Source: Octopus bimaculoides
Taxonomy: Eukaryota
NCBI RefSeq assembly: GCF_001194135.2
Contig: NC_069003.1
Location: 24,561,727-24,615,594, forward strand
DNA length: 53,868 nucleotides
Direction of reading: 5' to 3'
The translations under genes were made by a program, and so were the position numbers. Below the pieces are notes generated by a model. The model was given only the letters and a program-made list of their open reading frames with translations, was not told where the DNA came from and searched no databases. Shown here piece after piece: positions 36,751 through 49,040 of the stretch. How positions within the stretch are numbered: the first letter of the stretch is position 1; each line of letters opens with the position of its first letter.

Positions 36751-36995
36751 GGATATTTTTTAAAACGGGGGCCACATTTTTCATTAACGAAACACTTTGA
36801 AACTTGGAACACCAGTGATTGGTTGAAATTATCGAAATAAGACAATTTTTTACATGAAATAAATTCGAATACAAAAATATTTTTCTGTTCTATAACACAA
36901 AATAGATAAGTATACGAAGTTTGAAAGTCTTTCGCTACCAAAAGCACTACGTAAAACATTAATGAAAAATGTGGCCCCCGTTTTAAAAAATATCC
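36751..36995. mobile_element. 245-bp internally deleted copy of the same MITE family
   Basis: TIRs GGATATTTTTTAAAACGGGGGCCACATTT at both ends; no clear TSD. Confidence 0.85.
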
Positions 36996-37184
36996 CAGAC
37001 ATATATTCATACATACTTATATACGTATACATATAGATACACATAAATACATGCAGGCATATACACAAATCCTAGCCCAGCATTCACACACACACACAAA
37101 CACAAACACACAAGCAAGCAAGCACACACACACATACACACGCACGCACAAACACACACACAGATACTCAAAACATCCACCAAC

Positions 37185-37295
37185 CTGAGGTGACGTCCAC
37201 AACTGTCTCTCAGATAAGCCGGGAAGGAGTTAATCTTTGTCTAAACCTCACATGAAAAGTTTTGATCGGGGTGGACAACTATGTTGCTTGGCAAC
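37185..37295 (-). promoter_or_regulatory. RFX X-box (GTTGCTTGGCAAC, 37283-37295) plus candidate non-coding first exon ending CAG|gttggt at 37185
   Basis: Palindromic X-box in a non-repeat island upstream of the gene, about 100 nt before a plausible donor. Confidence 0.5.
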
Positions 37296-37545
37296 CGAAT
37301 ACTTCCTGTGACAAATGACAGCACAGTTCTGTTTTGACAAATCCGTTTTCGTAGTGTTTAAACATTACCACCACCACCAACAACAACAACAACAACAAAA
37401 TCAACAAGTTCAACCTATGACGATTGCAATGGTACATACTACAACAATAACAAAACTACTGTATCCTATACCAAGACCAACAGCACTAACAAAAGGCGAC
37501 GACGACGATAATGATGATGAGGAGGAGGAGGAGGACGGGGCAAAT

Positions 37546-37623
37546 GTAAAGAATACGCACCCTCGGTGTTTAGGGTTAGGGTTTAGGGTTACGCCGAAAA
37601 CGGGTGGTGTGCGTATTCTTTAC
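37546..37623. repeat. 78-bp hairpin element with telomere-like repeats in the loop
   Basis: Perfect 15-bp IR GTAAAGAATACGCAC, inner TCGG(T/C)GT stem, loop TTTAGGG TTAGGG TTTAGGG. Confidence 0.85.
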
Positions 37624-38651
37624 CTCCACCATTGATAATATTGTTTTGCTCCCTCATCCCCACCGAGGTAATTAGCAGGGTCTCTGAGAGTGATGGGCCA
37701 AGATGGCTAGCCGTAAATGGACATGTGTCTCTTTCCAGAAGTTCAGATCCTGTCCGGATCAACATCATAGTGATTTAATATACTCTGCTCTCTCACTTCC
37801 CTACTATTGCCTGACCTTGCGCCCATGTCATTAGAAAACATCATCATCATCGTTATTGTTGGCAAGTTGGTAGAATTGTTAATGGGTCGGACAAAATGCT
37901 AAGCAGCTTCTTATGCAGGAAGGGAGTAGGTATAAACTTCATACATTGTAGCCAATGAAAGCTGTGGACATACAACAGGTTGGCTACCAAAGAATGCAAC
38001 TGGTACTCCGTCGGTTATGACGATGAGTGTCCCCAGTTGTTCCGATCAACAGAATGGCCTGCTTGTGAAATTAACGTGCAAATGGCCGAGCACTCCACAG
38101 ACATGCGTACCCTTAACGTAGTTCTCAGTGAGATTCAGCGTGACACAGAATGTGACAAGGCTGGTCCTTTGAAATACAGGTAGAACTCATTTTTACCAGC
38201 TGGAGCAAAGTGAATTAAAGTGTCTTGCTCAAGGACACAATGCACTACCGGGAATCGAACTCCACAACCTTACGATCGAAAGCCAAATACCCTAACCATT
38301 AAGCTATGTGCCTTCACTGCACTTGGGAATTAACGTGCAAATGGCTGAGCACTCCACAGACACACGTACCCTTAACTTAGTTCTCAGTGAGATTCAGCGT
38401 GACACAGAATGTGACAAGGCTGGTCCTTTGAAATACAGGTACAACTCATTTTTACCAGCTGGAGCAAAGTGAATTATTAAAGTGTCTTGCTCAAGGACAC
38501 GATGCACCACCGGGAATCGAACTCCACAACTTTACGATCGCTAGCGCGGAAACAAATTAAATTTGTAATGAGGAGGAATATAGTGGCGAACAGAAAACAC
38601 AAGAGAACGAACAGTGAAAATAAACAAGAAGGGCTATAAGGCCAGATGTGA

Positions 38652-38694
<43 letters not shown>

Positions 38695-39584
38695 ACTGAA
38701 CGCTGTGATGTGACGAACTGAGAAGAAAATAGAAAGTTCGTGCGAGCTTCTTCCTCCCTGTCTCTCTCTCTCTCTACTACTCTTTCTCCTTACCCCTCCC
38801 TGGTCACATGTGTCCGGCTACTGGTTCCTTTCTTATCTTGACCACTGCGATTATAGTTTGCTTCAACCATAAGGTTTAACGACAATTCAACCGTGAGATT
38901 TCGTACGTACAAAAAGTTTACCGATCCAAGGGAAGTAATCATTCTGGGATTAAATATTGGGTTACTTCCCTTGTATTTTAGGCCTTGCATTGTACTTTTA
39001 TTTATTTATGTATATTTGAGTACGTGTGTACTGTATTCTTTTATGTGTTTCAGCCTTAACGCTGTGGCCATGCTGGTGCACCGCCAGTGATGTATATGTG
39101 TGCATTGGCGTCGCTGTGTGGTTAGAAGCTTGCTTCCCAATCACATGGTTCCGGGTTTAGTCGCACTGCGTGGCACCTTGGTTAAGTGTCTTCTTTTATA
39201 GCCCCGGGCTCAACAAAGTCTTATGAGTGGATTTGGTAGATGGAAACTGAAAGAAGCCCGTCGTGTGTGTGTATGTCTTTTTGTACGCTCACCATTGTCT
39301 GACAACTGCTGCTGGTGTGTTTATGTCCCTGTAACTTAGCGGTACAAAGAATATGTCTTGTGGTCGATTTCTTCGACTAAAATCAGCTAAGGTGGTGCTC
39401 CAGCGTGGCCGCAGTCAAATGACTGAAACAAGTAAAAGAATAAAAGAATGTATATACACATACATAAACACACACACACGCACAACACATGCACGTATGT
39501 ATGCGCGCGCACACACACACACACACACACACCAACATACACACACTCATGCATGCATACATACGTACATACATACAAACAATA

Positions 39585-39900
39585 AGTTTTGAATAGTACA
39601 GCAATGCCACTATAATACGAACAATGGGCTATAAATCTGTTGTAATTTATTCATCCCATAGTCTGATATGATATTTCGGAATAAAATTCCTTCTTCAGAT
39701 ATTTTTAGATGGAGTCGTTGCTATAATCGGTTTTCGAACGGCATTTTTAAAATTTTTTATTTTTATTTTTTTCGGAAGCGACTCATCAGTGGTCTCACGA
39801 AGCCTTTTCCGGAATTCCTCATGTCACTATATTGCGTGTGCTGGTACATCCGTAGCTCTGCTTCTAAGTTATGTATTATACGTGAAGCTTCTTTTTTTCT
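39585..39900 (-). mobile_element. Penelope-like/retrozyme-like repeat with two hammerhead cores
   Basis: CTGATGA..GAAA (39789-39770) and CTGAAGA-a-GGAAT-ttt-ATTCC-GAAA (39698-39674). Confidence 0.6.
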
Positions 39901-40254
39901 TTTCCTTTTTTCCTCCTTTTTGTTTTTCTCTTCTCTTCTCTTTTTTTTTTATTTTGTAGTTATAAACTACAGATGACCATATCAAAAATGAATCTACACG
40001 CATACAGATGTAGCTAAATAAAATATTGATTACCAACCTCCAGCCTGTTGTTAACTTGGGGCCCTAGTCTGTGTATAAGTATAGCTTCCTAAATTCTTAA
40101 ATCACCATTATTTTTATTTAACGTCCGTTTTACATGTTCGGATGGATGCCCTTCCCAACACCAACCACTCCAAGAGTGTAGTAAGTGCTTTTTACGTGCC
40201 ACCAGCACAGGTGCCAGTTACGTGGCACTGGCTTTGCCTACACCTGTAATCTCA

Positions 40255-40660
40255 CTTGGTTTACTCTTTTACTTGTTTCAGTCATTTGACTGTGGCCATG
40301 CTGGAGCACCGCCTTTAGTCGAGCAAATCGACCCCAGGACTTATTCTTTGGAAGCCTAGTACTTATTCTATCGGTATTTTTTGCCGAATCACTAAGTTAC
40401 GGGGACGTAAACACACCAGCATCGGTTGTCAAGCAATGTTGGGGGGACAAACACAGACACAAGTATATACACACACACACATACACATATATATACGACG
40501 GGCTTCTTTCAGTTTCCGTCTACCAAATCCACTCACAAGGCTTTGGTCAACCCGAGGCGATAGTAGAAGACACTTGCCCAAGGTGTCACACAGTGGGACT
40601 GAACCCGGAACCATGTGGTTGGTAAGTAAGCTACTTACCACACAGCCACTCCCACGCCTA
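40255..40660 (-). mobile_element. SINE family B, full length
   Basis: Head, internal (AC)/(AT) tract, core and tail all present. Confidence 0.8.
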
Positions 40661-42554
40661 TGACAAGTTTTCCCAAGCACGGTATATCGCCAAAGTTCTT
40701 GATCATTTGTCACTGCCTCCATGAGGCCCCACATTCGAATGCCACTTTTTTTCACACCACCGCCACACATGCCAATATATGTGTGTGTTACAAAGGTCAT
40801 TGTCACCCAACTATTGAAGTACCTCAAGGATCAGCTGCTAAGAGAGCAAGCAGGTTTTCCTAAGATCACATATTAGAGTGGATCACATATTCACTCTAAC
40901 ACAGCTTTTCGAATGAGCAAATCAATACAAGCTACCTCCGTATATATCTTTCATTGACTACAATAAGCCTTCAATACTGTCGAGACAAACATAGTGCTGA
41001 AATCTCTGGAAATGCAAGGTATCAAGTTACAATGCATCAAACCACTCAGGGTGGCCGAAACACGTAAAAAAAACTACAATACACACGTACTCAAATATAC
41101 ATAAAGAAATACAAATGCAATGCAAAGCCTACAATACAAGGGAAGTAACCAATCTAGGTCCACGTTTCATTACTAAGGAACAGTACATACAAACACCATA
41201 CAATCTACTAATTTTCTCCATCCTATTCTTGTTCTAATGACTACACTTTCAGAATATCCTCCACTGCTAATTCGGTCAGCAAGGTAACAAAAATATCTAT
41301 TACCCCCCAGCGAGTCTCTAGGATGTTTGAGAAAGTCAATTTTCTGTGTGATGCCAGACTTTAGAACACCAGTGCATCTTCTCTACTACTTCTCCGTCAG
41401 AACTGCCTGCAATTTCACTGCACTGCTTGAGTGTCGTAGCTTCCACTGGGTACATAATCATCATCGTCGTTTAACGTCCGCTTTCCATGCTAGCATGGGT
41501 TGGACGATTTGACTGAGGACTGGCAAGCCAGAAGGCTGCACCAGGCTCCAATCTGATTTGACAGAGTTTCTACAGATGGATGCCCTTCCTAACGCCAACC
41601 ACTCTGAGAGTGTAGTGGGTGCTNNNNNNNNNNAATCTGATTTGACAGAGTTTCTACAGATGGATGCCCTTCCTAACGCCAACCACTCTGAGAGTGTAGT
41701 GGGTGCTTTTACATGCCACCGGCACGAAGGCCAGTCGGGAGGTACTGGCAACGGCCACGCTCGAAATGGTGTATTTTATGTGCCACTCGCACAAGAGCCA
41801 GTCTGGGGGCACTGGCAACGATCTCGCTCGAAAGTCCTTACACATGCCGCGGGCACATGAAATTTCTGCCAACACTTTTCTCATATCAAGGAGTGCAATT
41901 TACCTGAAGGGAGTAGAGATCTATTTGTTTTCTTGCTTACTAGAATCTTGGTTAACTTGAAGGCCCTTTTCTAATTATCTGACAGGTCCTTCCATGAGTG
42001 AGATTATCAGCATATAGTGGTTCCAAGGGCAGCCAGTCTAAAACTCCTCTGTTGTGGTCTGAAATACAATGATGAACAGGAGGGGACTGAGAACCAAGCC
42101 CTGGTAAATTTACTGACAACACCCCTGTACAGCCTTCACAAGCCATTCCTGGTTCCTGCAAGGATCACCAAATCACTGAGCAAATGACTCTAAGACTCTC
42201 TCCAGGTCAACAAATGCTAAGTATAATGGTTTACTCTAGGCTAAATACTTCTCCTGCAGTTGTCTGACACCATTAGTAGACGACTTCTCCCTGGCACAAA
42301 ACCAAACTGCATGTCATCTATGTTAATCCTGTATTTATTTAATTAATTGGGTTATGACTCAGTCTGTAACTTTCATGACATGGTCCAGCAATTTGACACT
42401 TCGGAAATTACATCTATTTAAGGCATCACATATATATATATATATGTATATGTGTATATACACATACATAAACATAGACACACACATTTCTCTTTGTCTT
42501 TTTCTGTTTTTTTATTTTTTTAATTGACAATATATATATATATGTATGTATGTT

Positions 42555-42593
<39 letters not shown>

Positions 42594-42594
42594 T

Positions 42595-42628
<34 letters not shown>

Positions 42629-43349
42629 CTTACATATATACATATTGTAGAAATAATTGTTATGGAAGATAGAGTATACTGGAAACTTTATCTATCATAA
42701 CAACCATTTTGGCACATTCTGCACTGCTTCCTAGAGGGTGGGGAGCAATTTAATGAGTTCCAATGCACTCTGCAATGCAGGAGTGCCTCCTCAGACAACT
42801 TAACACGGTTTCAAGCTGCATAAGCGACATTTCATTCATAGATTTAGCTAGACTGTGTTGGTAGTAGTTTTCATTTATCATCAATCTAAGATGTGACTAC
42901 TACTACCACCAACATGATCTAGCTAGCTAAGCCTATGAGTGAAATGTCACTTATGCAACTTAAAACCATGTTGTGTCATCCGAAAAGGCACTTCTGCACT
43001 GTGGGATGCACCAGAATTCAGTACATTGTTTCCTACCCACAAGGGCGCAATACAGAATGTGCCAGATCTCATAAATAAAGTTTCCAGCATACTCTATCTT
43101 CTATATCAATTATTTCTGCTACACTCAATGTGCACTGAGAAATTCCTAATGTAGATCCAGCGACAAATGTGCATTTACTGTGCATGACGCCAGGTAGCCA
43201 TAAAAGGTAAGCGTTCTCTGCGGGCACACTACTAGGGACATACTCAAAATACAGTTTAAACGATGAATTTTAAATTTCAAATTGAAACTTTGATTATAAC
43301 ATAGGAGAGTATTGTAGTTCGCTTGAAGCATTGTGTATTGTTTGTAAAG

Positions 43350-43680
43350 AATAAAGAGTTTTGAATGGTACAACAATGCACTATAATACAAACAGTAGGC
43401 TATATACCTATTGTAATTTAATTATCCATAGTCCGATGATATTTCGGAATACAATTCCTTCTTCAGATATTTTTAGATGGAGTCGCTGCTATAATCGGTT
43501 TTCCAACGGTTTTTATTTTTTCGGAAGCGACTCATCAGTGGTCTCACAAAGCCTTTTCCAGAATTCCTCATGAGAAGTGGGTGAGGTCGGCTATGTCTCA
43601 ATCTCGTGTGTGTTGGTACATCTGTAGCGCTGCTTCTAAGTTATGTGTTATACATTCAGCTTCCCTTTTTATCCTTCTTA
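43350..43680 (-). mobile_element. second copy of the double-hammerhead repeat
   Basis: Same two cores at 43538-43519 and 43466-43442. A flank-only copy lies at 10210-10285. Confidence 0.6.
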
Positions 43681-43693
43681 TAACTTATATATA

Positions 43694-44042
43694 CAGGGTG
43701 CAGTGAATAAACTGTTGTCTAAATTACGCAAAAATGAAAATAACACTGACTTCTCATTTTAACAGATTTATTCACCAAAATTACATAAAAATATCTTGAA
43801 ATACTAAAGAGTAAATTTATTTTAAAAAATCGCCATTGGCTTCAACCACGGCCTCCAGACAACTTTGGAATCTCCTGCAACTCTTCTGGACAGTCTCCTT
43901 GTTTAAGTTGGTGAATGATCCTGTAATCCTTGCATTCAGTTAATCTTTGATGTTACAAGGAGTTTTGTTGGTCTCTTGCTCAACTGCACCCCACACATAA
44001 TAATCAAGGGGGGGTTGCAGTCTGGGGAGTTAGGTGGCCCCC
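43694..44042 (-). mobile_element. DD37D/maT-like transposon 3' end
   Basis: PPNSPDC..DYYVWGAVEQETNK..RRFQSCLEAVVEANG; TA + CAGGGTG TIR. Confidence 0.8.
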
Positions 44043-44388
44043 TTCGGAACTGCTGGCCTTGTGCCAAAATTTGAAACCGACATTTAAAATTTTCAAGGTG
44101 TTGAGCTAACAGAATCATTTGCATGCTGAGCAAAATGCTTAATGACATTTCTTCTGTCTTTATATTCTGAATTCAAATTCCGCTGGGGTCAACTTTTCCT
44201 TTCATCCTTTTGGGAGTTGACAAAATAAGTACCAGTTGAACACTGGGTTCGAAGATATACACTTAACGCCCCCCATTTCTGAAATCACTGGCCTTGTGCC
44301 AAAATTTGAAATTATTGTTACACCTGATATCCTTCTGAGTTAACCCATTTTGGTTGCTTGTATTCATGCAAATACACCTTACATTAGT

Positions 44389-44790
44389 GGAGGCACAATG
44401 GCCCAGTAGTTAGGGCAGTGGACTCAGGGTCATAGGATCGCAGTTTCGATTCTCAGACCGGGCGTTGTGAGTGTTTATTGAGCGAAAACACCTAAAGCTC
44501 CACGAGGCTCCGGCAGGGGATGGTGGCGAACCCTGCTGTACTCTTTCATCACAACTTTATCTCACTCTTTCTTCCTGTTTCTGTTGTGCCTGTAATTCAA
44601 AGGGTCAGCCTTGTCACGTCACACTGTGTCACGCTGAATATCCCCCGAGAACTACGTTAAGGGTACACGTGTCTGTGGAGTGCTCAGCCACTTGCACGTT
44701 AATTTCACGAGCAGGCTGTTCCGTTGATCGGATCAACTGGAACCCTCGACGTCGTAAGCGACAGAGTGCCAACAACAACAACAACAACAA
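44389..44790 (+). mobile_element. SINE family C, full length
   Basis: High similarity to the 6242 copy. Confidence 0.85.
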
Positions 44791-45239
44791 TTTAGTGACA
44801 GAATCTCTGAGTCTAATCAGTGTTGTAGCTAGAGTGGCAAAGCTGGGGCTTTGGCTTTGCACTGAACATTTTTGATGGCGTCATTTAGTCGATTACATCA
44901 ACCTCAGTCTTTCACTGGTATTTGTTTCATTGACAACTCAAAAGGGTGGAAAGTAAAGCCAACCTCTGCAGAATTTGAACTTGCAACAACATAAAGATAT
45001 GTGAAATACAGTTAATCATTTTGCCTGGCATGCTAATGGCTCTGCCAGTTCACTACCTTAGTTATACAACTACACACTGTAAGATCCTCTTTCACTTTTC
45101 TATGACTGCATTTATTTAGGAAAATAGGCCAAGCTTTACAACCAATAATACAATTTTGTGTTGTTCTGTGTATCAAATCTAACAGATGTATATCCTGTTT
45201 ATATTTACGTTGCTGTATAGCGAACTCCGAGTACAAAAT

Positions 45240-45607
45240 TTGTGTGTGTGTGTGTGTTTCTGTGTGTGTATGTATGTTTTTGTATGCGTGTGTGTGTGTG
45301 CATATTTGTGTGTGTGTGAGTGTATGTTTGTGTGTATGAGTATGTTGGTGTGTGTGCATGTGTGTGTTTCTGTGTGTATGTGTATATGTGTGTTTGTGTT
45401 TGTGTGTGTGTGTGTGCATGTATGTGTGTTTGTTTGTTTGTGTTTGTGTGTGTGTATATATGTTTCTGTGTGTATTTGTGTTTGTGAGTGAGTCTGTGTG
45501 TATGTATATGTGTGTGTATTTCTGTGTGAGTGTGTGTGTGTTTGTCTGTGTGTGTATGTTTGTGGGTATGTGTGTTTGTGTATGTGTTTGTCTATATGTG
45601 TGTGTGA
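45240..45607. repeat. long degenerate (GT)n microsatellite (representative of dozens of AC/AT/ATAC tracts)
   Basis: Direct inspection; similar tracts at 3460-3745, 24050-24355, 29165-30000. Confidence 0.95.
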
Positions 45608-45759
45608 TTCCAAACGAAGGTGGTCATATTGAATAAATGTAGTGTCATAATTGTGTTTTTCCTTTATCACAGCATTGCAACTCCTGGACCCAAAATATAA
45701 CAATATTTTGCTTTGGCAAAATAGAAAAAGTTTGGTTGCCTTAATTTTGGGACACCCTG
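45608..45759 (+). mobile_element. Tc1/maT 3' end
   Basis: NEGGHIE* then TIR ...ttttgggacaccctg|ta. Confidence 0.7.
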
Positions 45760-45961
45760 TATGTATTATTTGGTAAAGCTTCAACAGGTAGATAACACTC
45801 AATCAGCTAAGACAGTAAAGATAATATAAAGATATGAAAACCACAAATCTGAGTATCTGTCTTTCACATGACTTGTGGTTTTTGTTTTAACATTATATAT
45901 ACAGTTTTGTGTGTGTATTTCGTGTGCAAGGTTCTTGATGTGGATACGTGTGTTGAAAGAA

Positions 45962-46272
45962 ATATAATTAAACCATGGGAGAGGCATTATGCTGGTAATA
46001 AACACACGCACTGGTTCAGTCCTTTATTAATTTGCAAACAGTATATAGTTTTTTGTTAAATGATTTCATTGCACTCTTGCAATCTCTTCAAAACAACGCC
46101 AAATCATACATTCAAAATAAATGGAAGTGGAGAGACAAGTTACTGAAGAGATTGCAAGAGTGCAATGAAATGATTTAACAAAAAACTATATACTGTTTAT
46201 AAATTAATAAAGGACTGAACCAGTGCATGTGTTTATTACCGGCATAATGCCCCTCCCAAGGTTTAATTATAT
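45962..46272. repeat. 129-bp inverted repeat (53-nt spacer) carrying a minimal hammerhead-like motif
   Basis: Arms 45962-46090 / 46144-46272, 7 mismatches. Confidence 0.95.
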
Positions 46273-46275
46273 ATA

Positions 46276-47141
46276 CAGGTTGTCCCAAAAGTCACAGATG
46301 GGTTTCAATTTTTAACAACTTCCTTAACTTTACAAATAAATTAATGAAATTTTCATACAATATAATGCACATAATGGAAATTAATATGCACAAGTCAAAT
46401 TTTGCCACACCACTATATCGCATATGAAAAAGGGCATCACTTAAATGGCAGCCATTTTCAACTTTGCATGCCTGTGCTCTTCCAAAAATTGCACCATAAC
46501 ACCCTCAAGAGTTTGAGACCCCACATCTCTGATTTCTCTATTGATGTTCTCCTTCAGTTGCACCAGGATCTCCAGTTTGTTGATGTAGACCCTCTCTTTC
46601 AGGTATCCATGATTGAGACCTTTTGGCATTTGGCCATTCAAAGTAGACCTCACGCATGGTTCCAGCAAGATGGGGCAACTGCTCGTACTGCAAGAGAAAT
46701 AATACAAATACTACAGCAGTGCTTTGGAAAGAAAATAATCTCCTGCTATGGCAATGTCAACTGGCCTTCACGTTCCCCAGACTTGACTAGCCCGGATTTT
46801 TTCTTCTGGGGATACCCGAAAGAGAGGGCTTACACCAACAAACCAGAGACCCTAGTACAGCTGGATAACACCAATAGAGAAATCAAAGAAGTGGTGTCTG
46901 AAATTCTTGAGAGTGTTTTGGTGCAAGTTTTGGAAAGAGCACAAGCATGCGAAGCCAAAAATGGCTGCCATTTAAGCGATGTCATTTTTCATATGTGATG
47001 TAGTGGTGTGGCAAAATTTGACTTGTGCATATTTAATTTCCATTATGTCCTTTATATTGTACGAAAATTTCATGTATTTATTTGTAAAGTTAAAGAAGTT
47101 ATTAAAAATTGAAACTCATCAGTGACTTTTGGGACATCCTG
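46276..47141. mobile_element. DD37D/maT-like element built from two inverted 3' ends
   Basis: TA at both ends. ~330-bp arms each encode the transposase C-terminus; WFQQDGATA..WPSRSPDL lies between them. Confidence 0.85.
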
Positions 47142-47597
47142 TATATATAACTTTTAGATTGATTTATGGTAATGTTAGGGATATGCAAATAAAGCTCCTA
47201 TTTCCTTATGCCAGCTACCATCTAATGATTCTGACTAGTGGGTCAGATTTTCAGGGTTGCATCACAGTTATACTGACATAATGTGGCATAAATATAATAA
47301 TAACAATAATACCAGGATGGAATTTATAAATATTTAATGCATCGCTTCACGCATTTCCATAGATCACATGATTTTGACATCAGAGTTGGTATTTTTGGGG
47401 TTAGTACAGTATAGTCCGTATTATCTGTGGGCATCATCAGGTGATACTGTGTAATTAGATGAATCACAGAGAGAATGTTTATCCCTTCTTGCCAGTATGA
47501 AGACCAATTTAGCTATGTAAGTATTTCTGTATGTATTTGGTGGGGGGAGAAAAGTGATGAGAGTAGAGGAAAGAATGGTAGTAATTTGGGGACGGTG

Positions 47598-48440
47598 GTT
47601 TCGATCTGACCATCAGCATCAAGAAAACTGAACTTGTCCATCAGCCCATTTGTGACCATCATCCTGCTGTTGCCCCTACTGTATATGTGGATGGGAAAGG
47701 ATTAGGAATTGTTTTCTCCATCACTTATCTGTGTTCCATTGTGTCCAATGATGCTAAGATGGATAAAGAAATTGAGTCCAGAATTGGAAAGGCTAGTTCC
47801 ATTTTCGGTATTGCTGAAGGTGAAAGTCGATAAATATAAGTCAATAGTTTTGACATCATTGCTTTATGGTGCTGAATCCTGAACTCTGTATTGAGAGTAC
47901 ATCATGCAGCTTGATGCTTTTCATATGCAATGCTTGCATACTATGTGCAACATAAAACCAAGTGACTGTATTTGTAAAAGGGAGGTGCTAACAAAATGCA
48001 ACATATCAGGTATTGAAGCGAACCCCATCAAAATACAACTCAGATGGTCAGGTGATCTCTCGCATATGAATGATAACAGAATTCCAAAGCAACTCCTCTT
48101 TAGCCAGTTCCCAACAGGAAGGTCAGTTGGAAGGCCACTCTTGTGCTTCAAAGACAAACTAAAAGATAACATGAAGCAATACAACATTCCCTTTTAATCC
48201 TGGGAAAACAAAACATCAGAATGCAGAACCTGGTGTAAGCCTTGCTTCTCCTCAGCTCAAAAATATGAGCAAAGTCAACTCCAAACATCAGGACCAACTT
48301 CATGCAAGCATGAAGGCAGGCAGGCAGGCAAAACACTGCTAATTTGAATGAAAACCTTACCTGTCATTGTGGTTCTGTAGCATGGAGCAAAGCAAGCCTT
48401 GCCACCCACCCAAGAAAACATGTAGTAAATGATCCACAAG
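47598..48440 (+). mobile_element. RTE/BovB-like LINE 3' fragment
   Basis: LTISIKKTELVHQP..TYLCSIVSND..QLRWSGDLSHMNDNRIPKQLLF..GRPLLCFKDKLK. Confidence 0.85.
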
Positions 48441-48729
48441 CACTCAAGCAAACTGAGTAGAGGGTATGGGTGGGGCGGGTAAGGTTTGGTGTTCCACAAT
48501 ATACTTTTCCTTTTTTCTTTTCCTTTTTCCTTCAGCAATCTTACATTTGTCTTCTCTTTCTTCTTTTTTTTTCCTTTTTCCACTTCTTACTTCTTTTCCA
48601 GTATCCTTTCTTCCGTCTGCTTCTGCTGAGGGCAGTGTGCTCGAATGTGACCTTTTTGGTCACATTTAAAACAACGTGGTGGGTGTCCTGCCCTCCACCC
48701 ACACTTTCAACCCCCAGGTCTCCTATCCA

Positions 48730-49040
48730 TAGCCACGTACCTTGGAAGAAAGACTTCTAAGGTGAGGGTAGAAGCAATCCCACCTGATATAGAAATGGCT
48801 TGGGCTGTGGCAGCCGTCCTCGTTGGTAGTGAGGGGGAGGTGGCTGTCCTCCAAGCCACAGAGACGGAGGAAGGAGGATATAGAGGAAAGACATTGGAAA
48901 TTATCATCCAAGCGGAAGTGTAGCAGCTGGAAAATATGGCAGAGACAGTGACGCTGGGAGAAATAGTATTGAGAGTATGAGTAGAGGGCAGAGTTCCGCG
49001 ATGCTTTGAATGTGGCCAAAATGGCTCACTTCCCTCTACA
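48730..49040 (+). mobile_element. L1/Tx1-like ORF1 pseudofragment with zinc-knuckle start
   Basis: TYLGRKTSKVRVEAIPP...VEGRVPRCFECGQNG with two stops. Confidence 0.6.

Noticed and set aside
41551-41703. Exact ~70-bp direct repeat
   Set aside because: It flanks a 10-N gap; typical unmerged contig overlap.
47340-47450. Further CTGATG..GAAA hammerhead-like traces (also ~41050 and ~39040)
   Set aside because: Core or stem II too degenerate to support a call.
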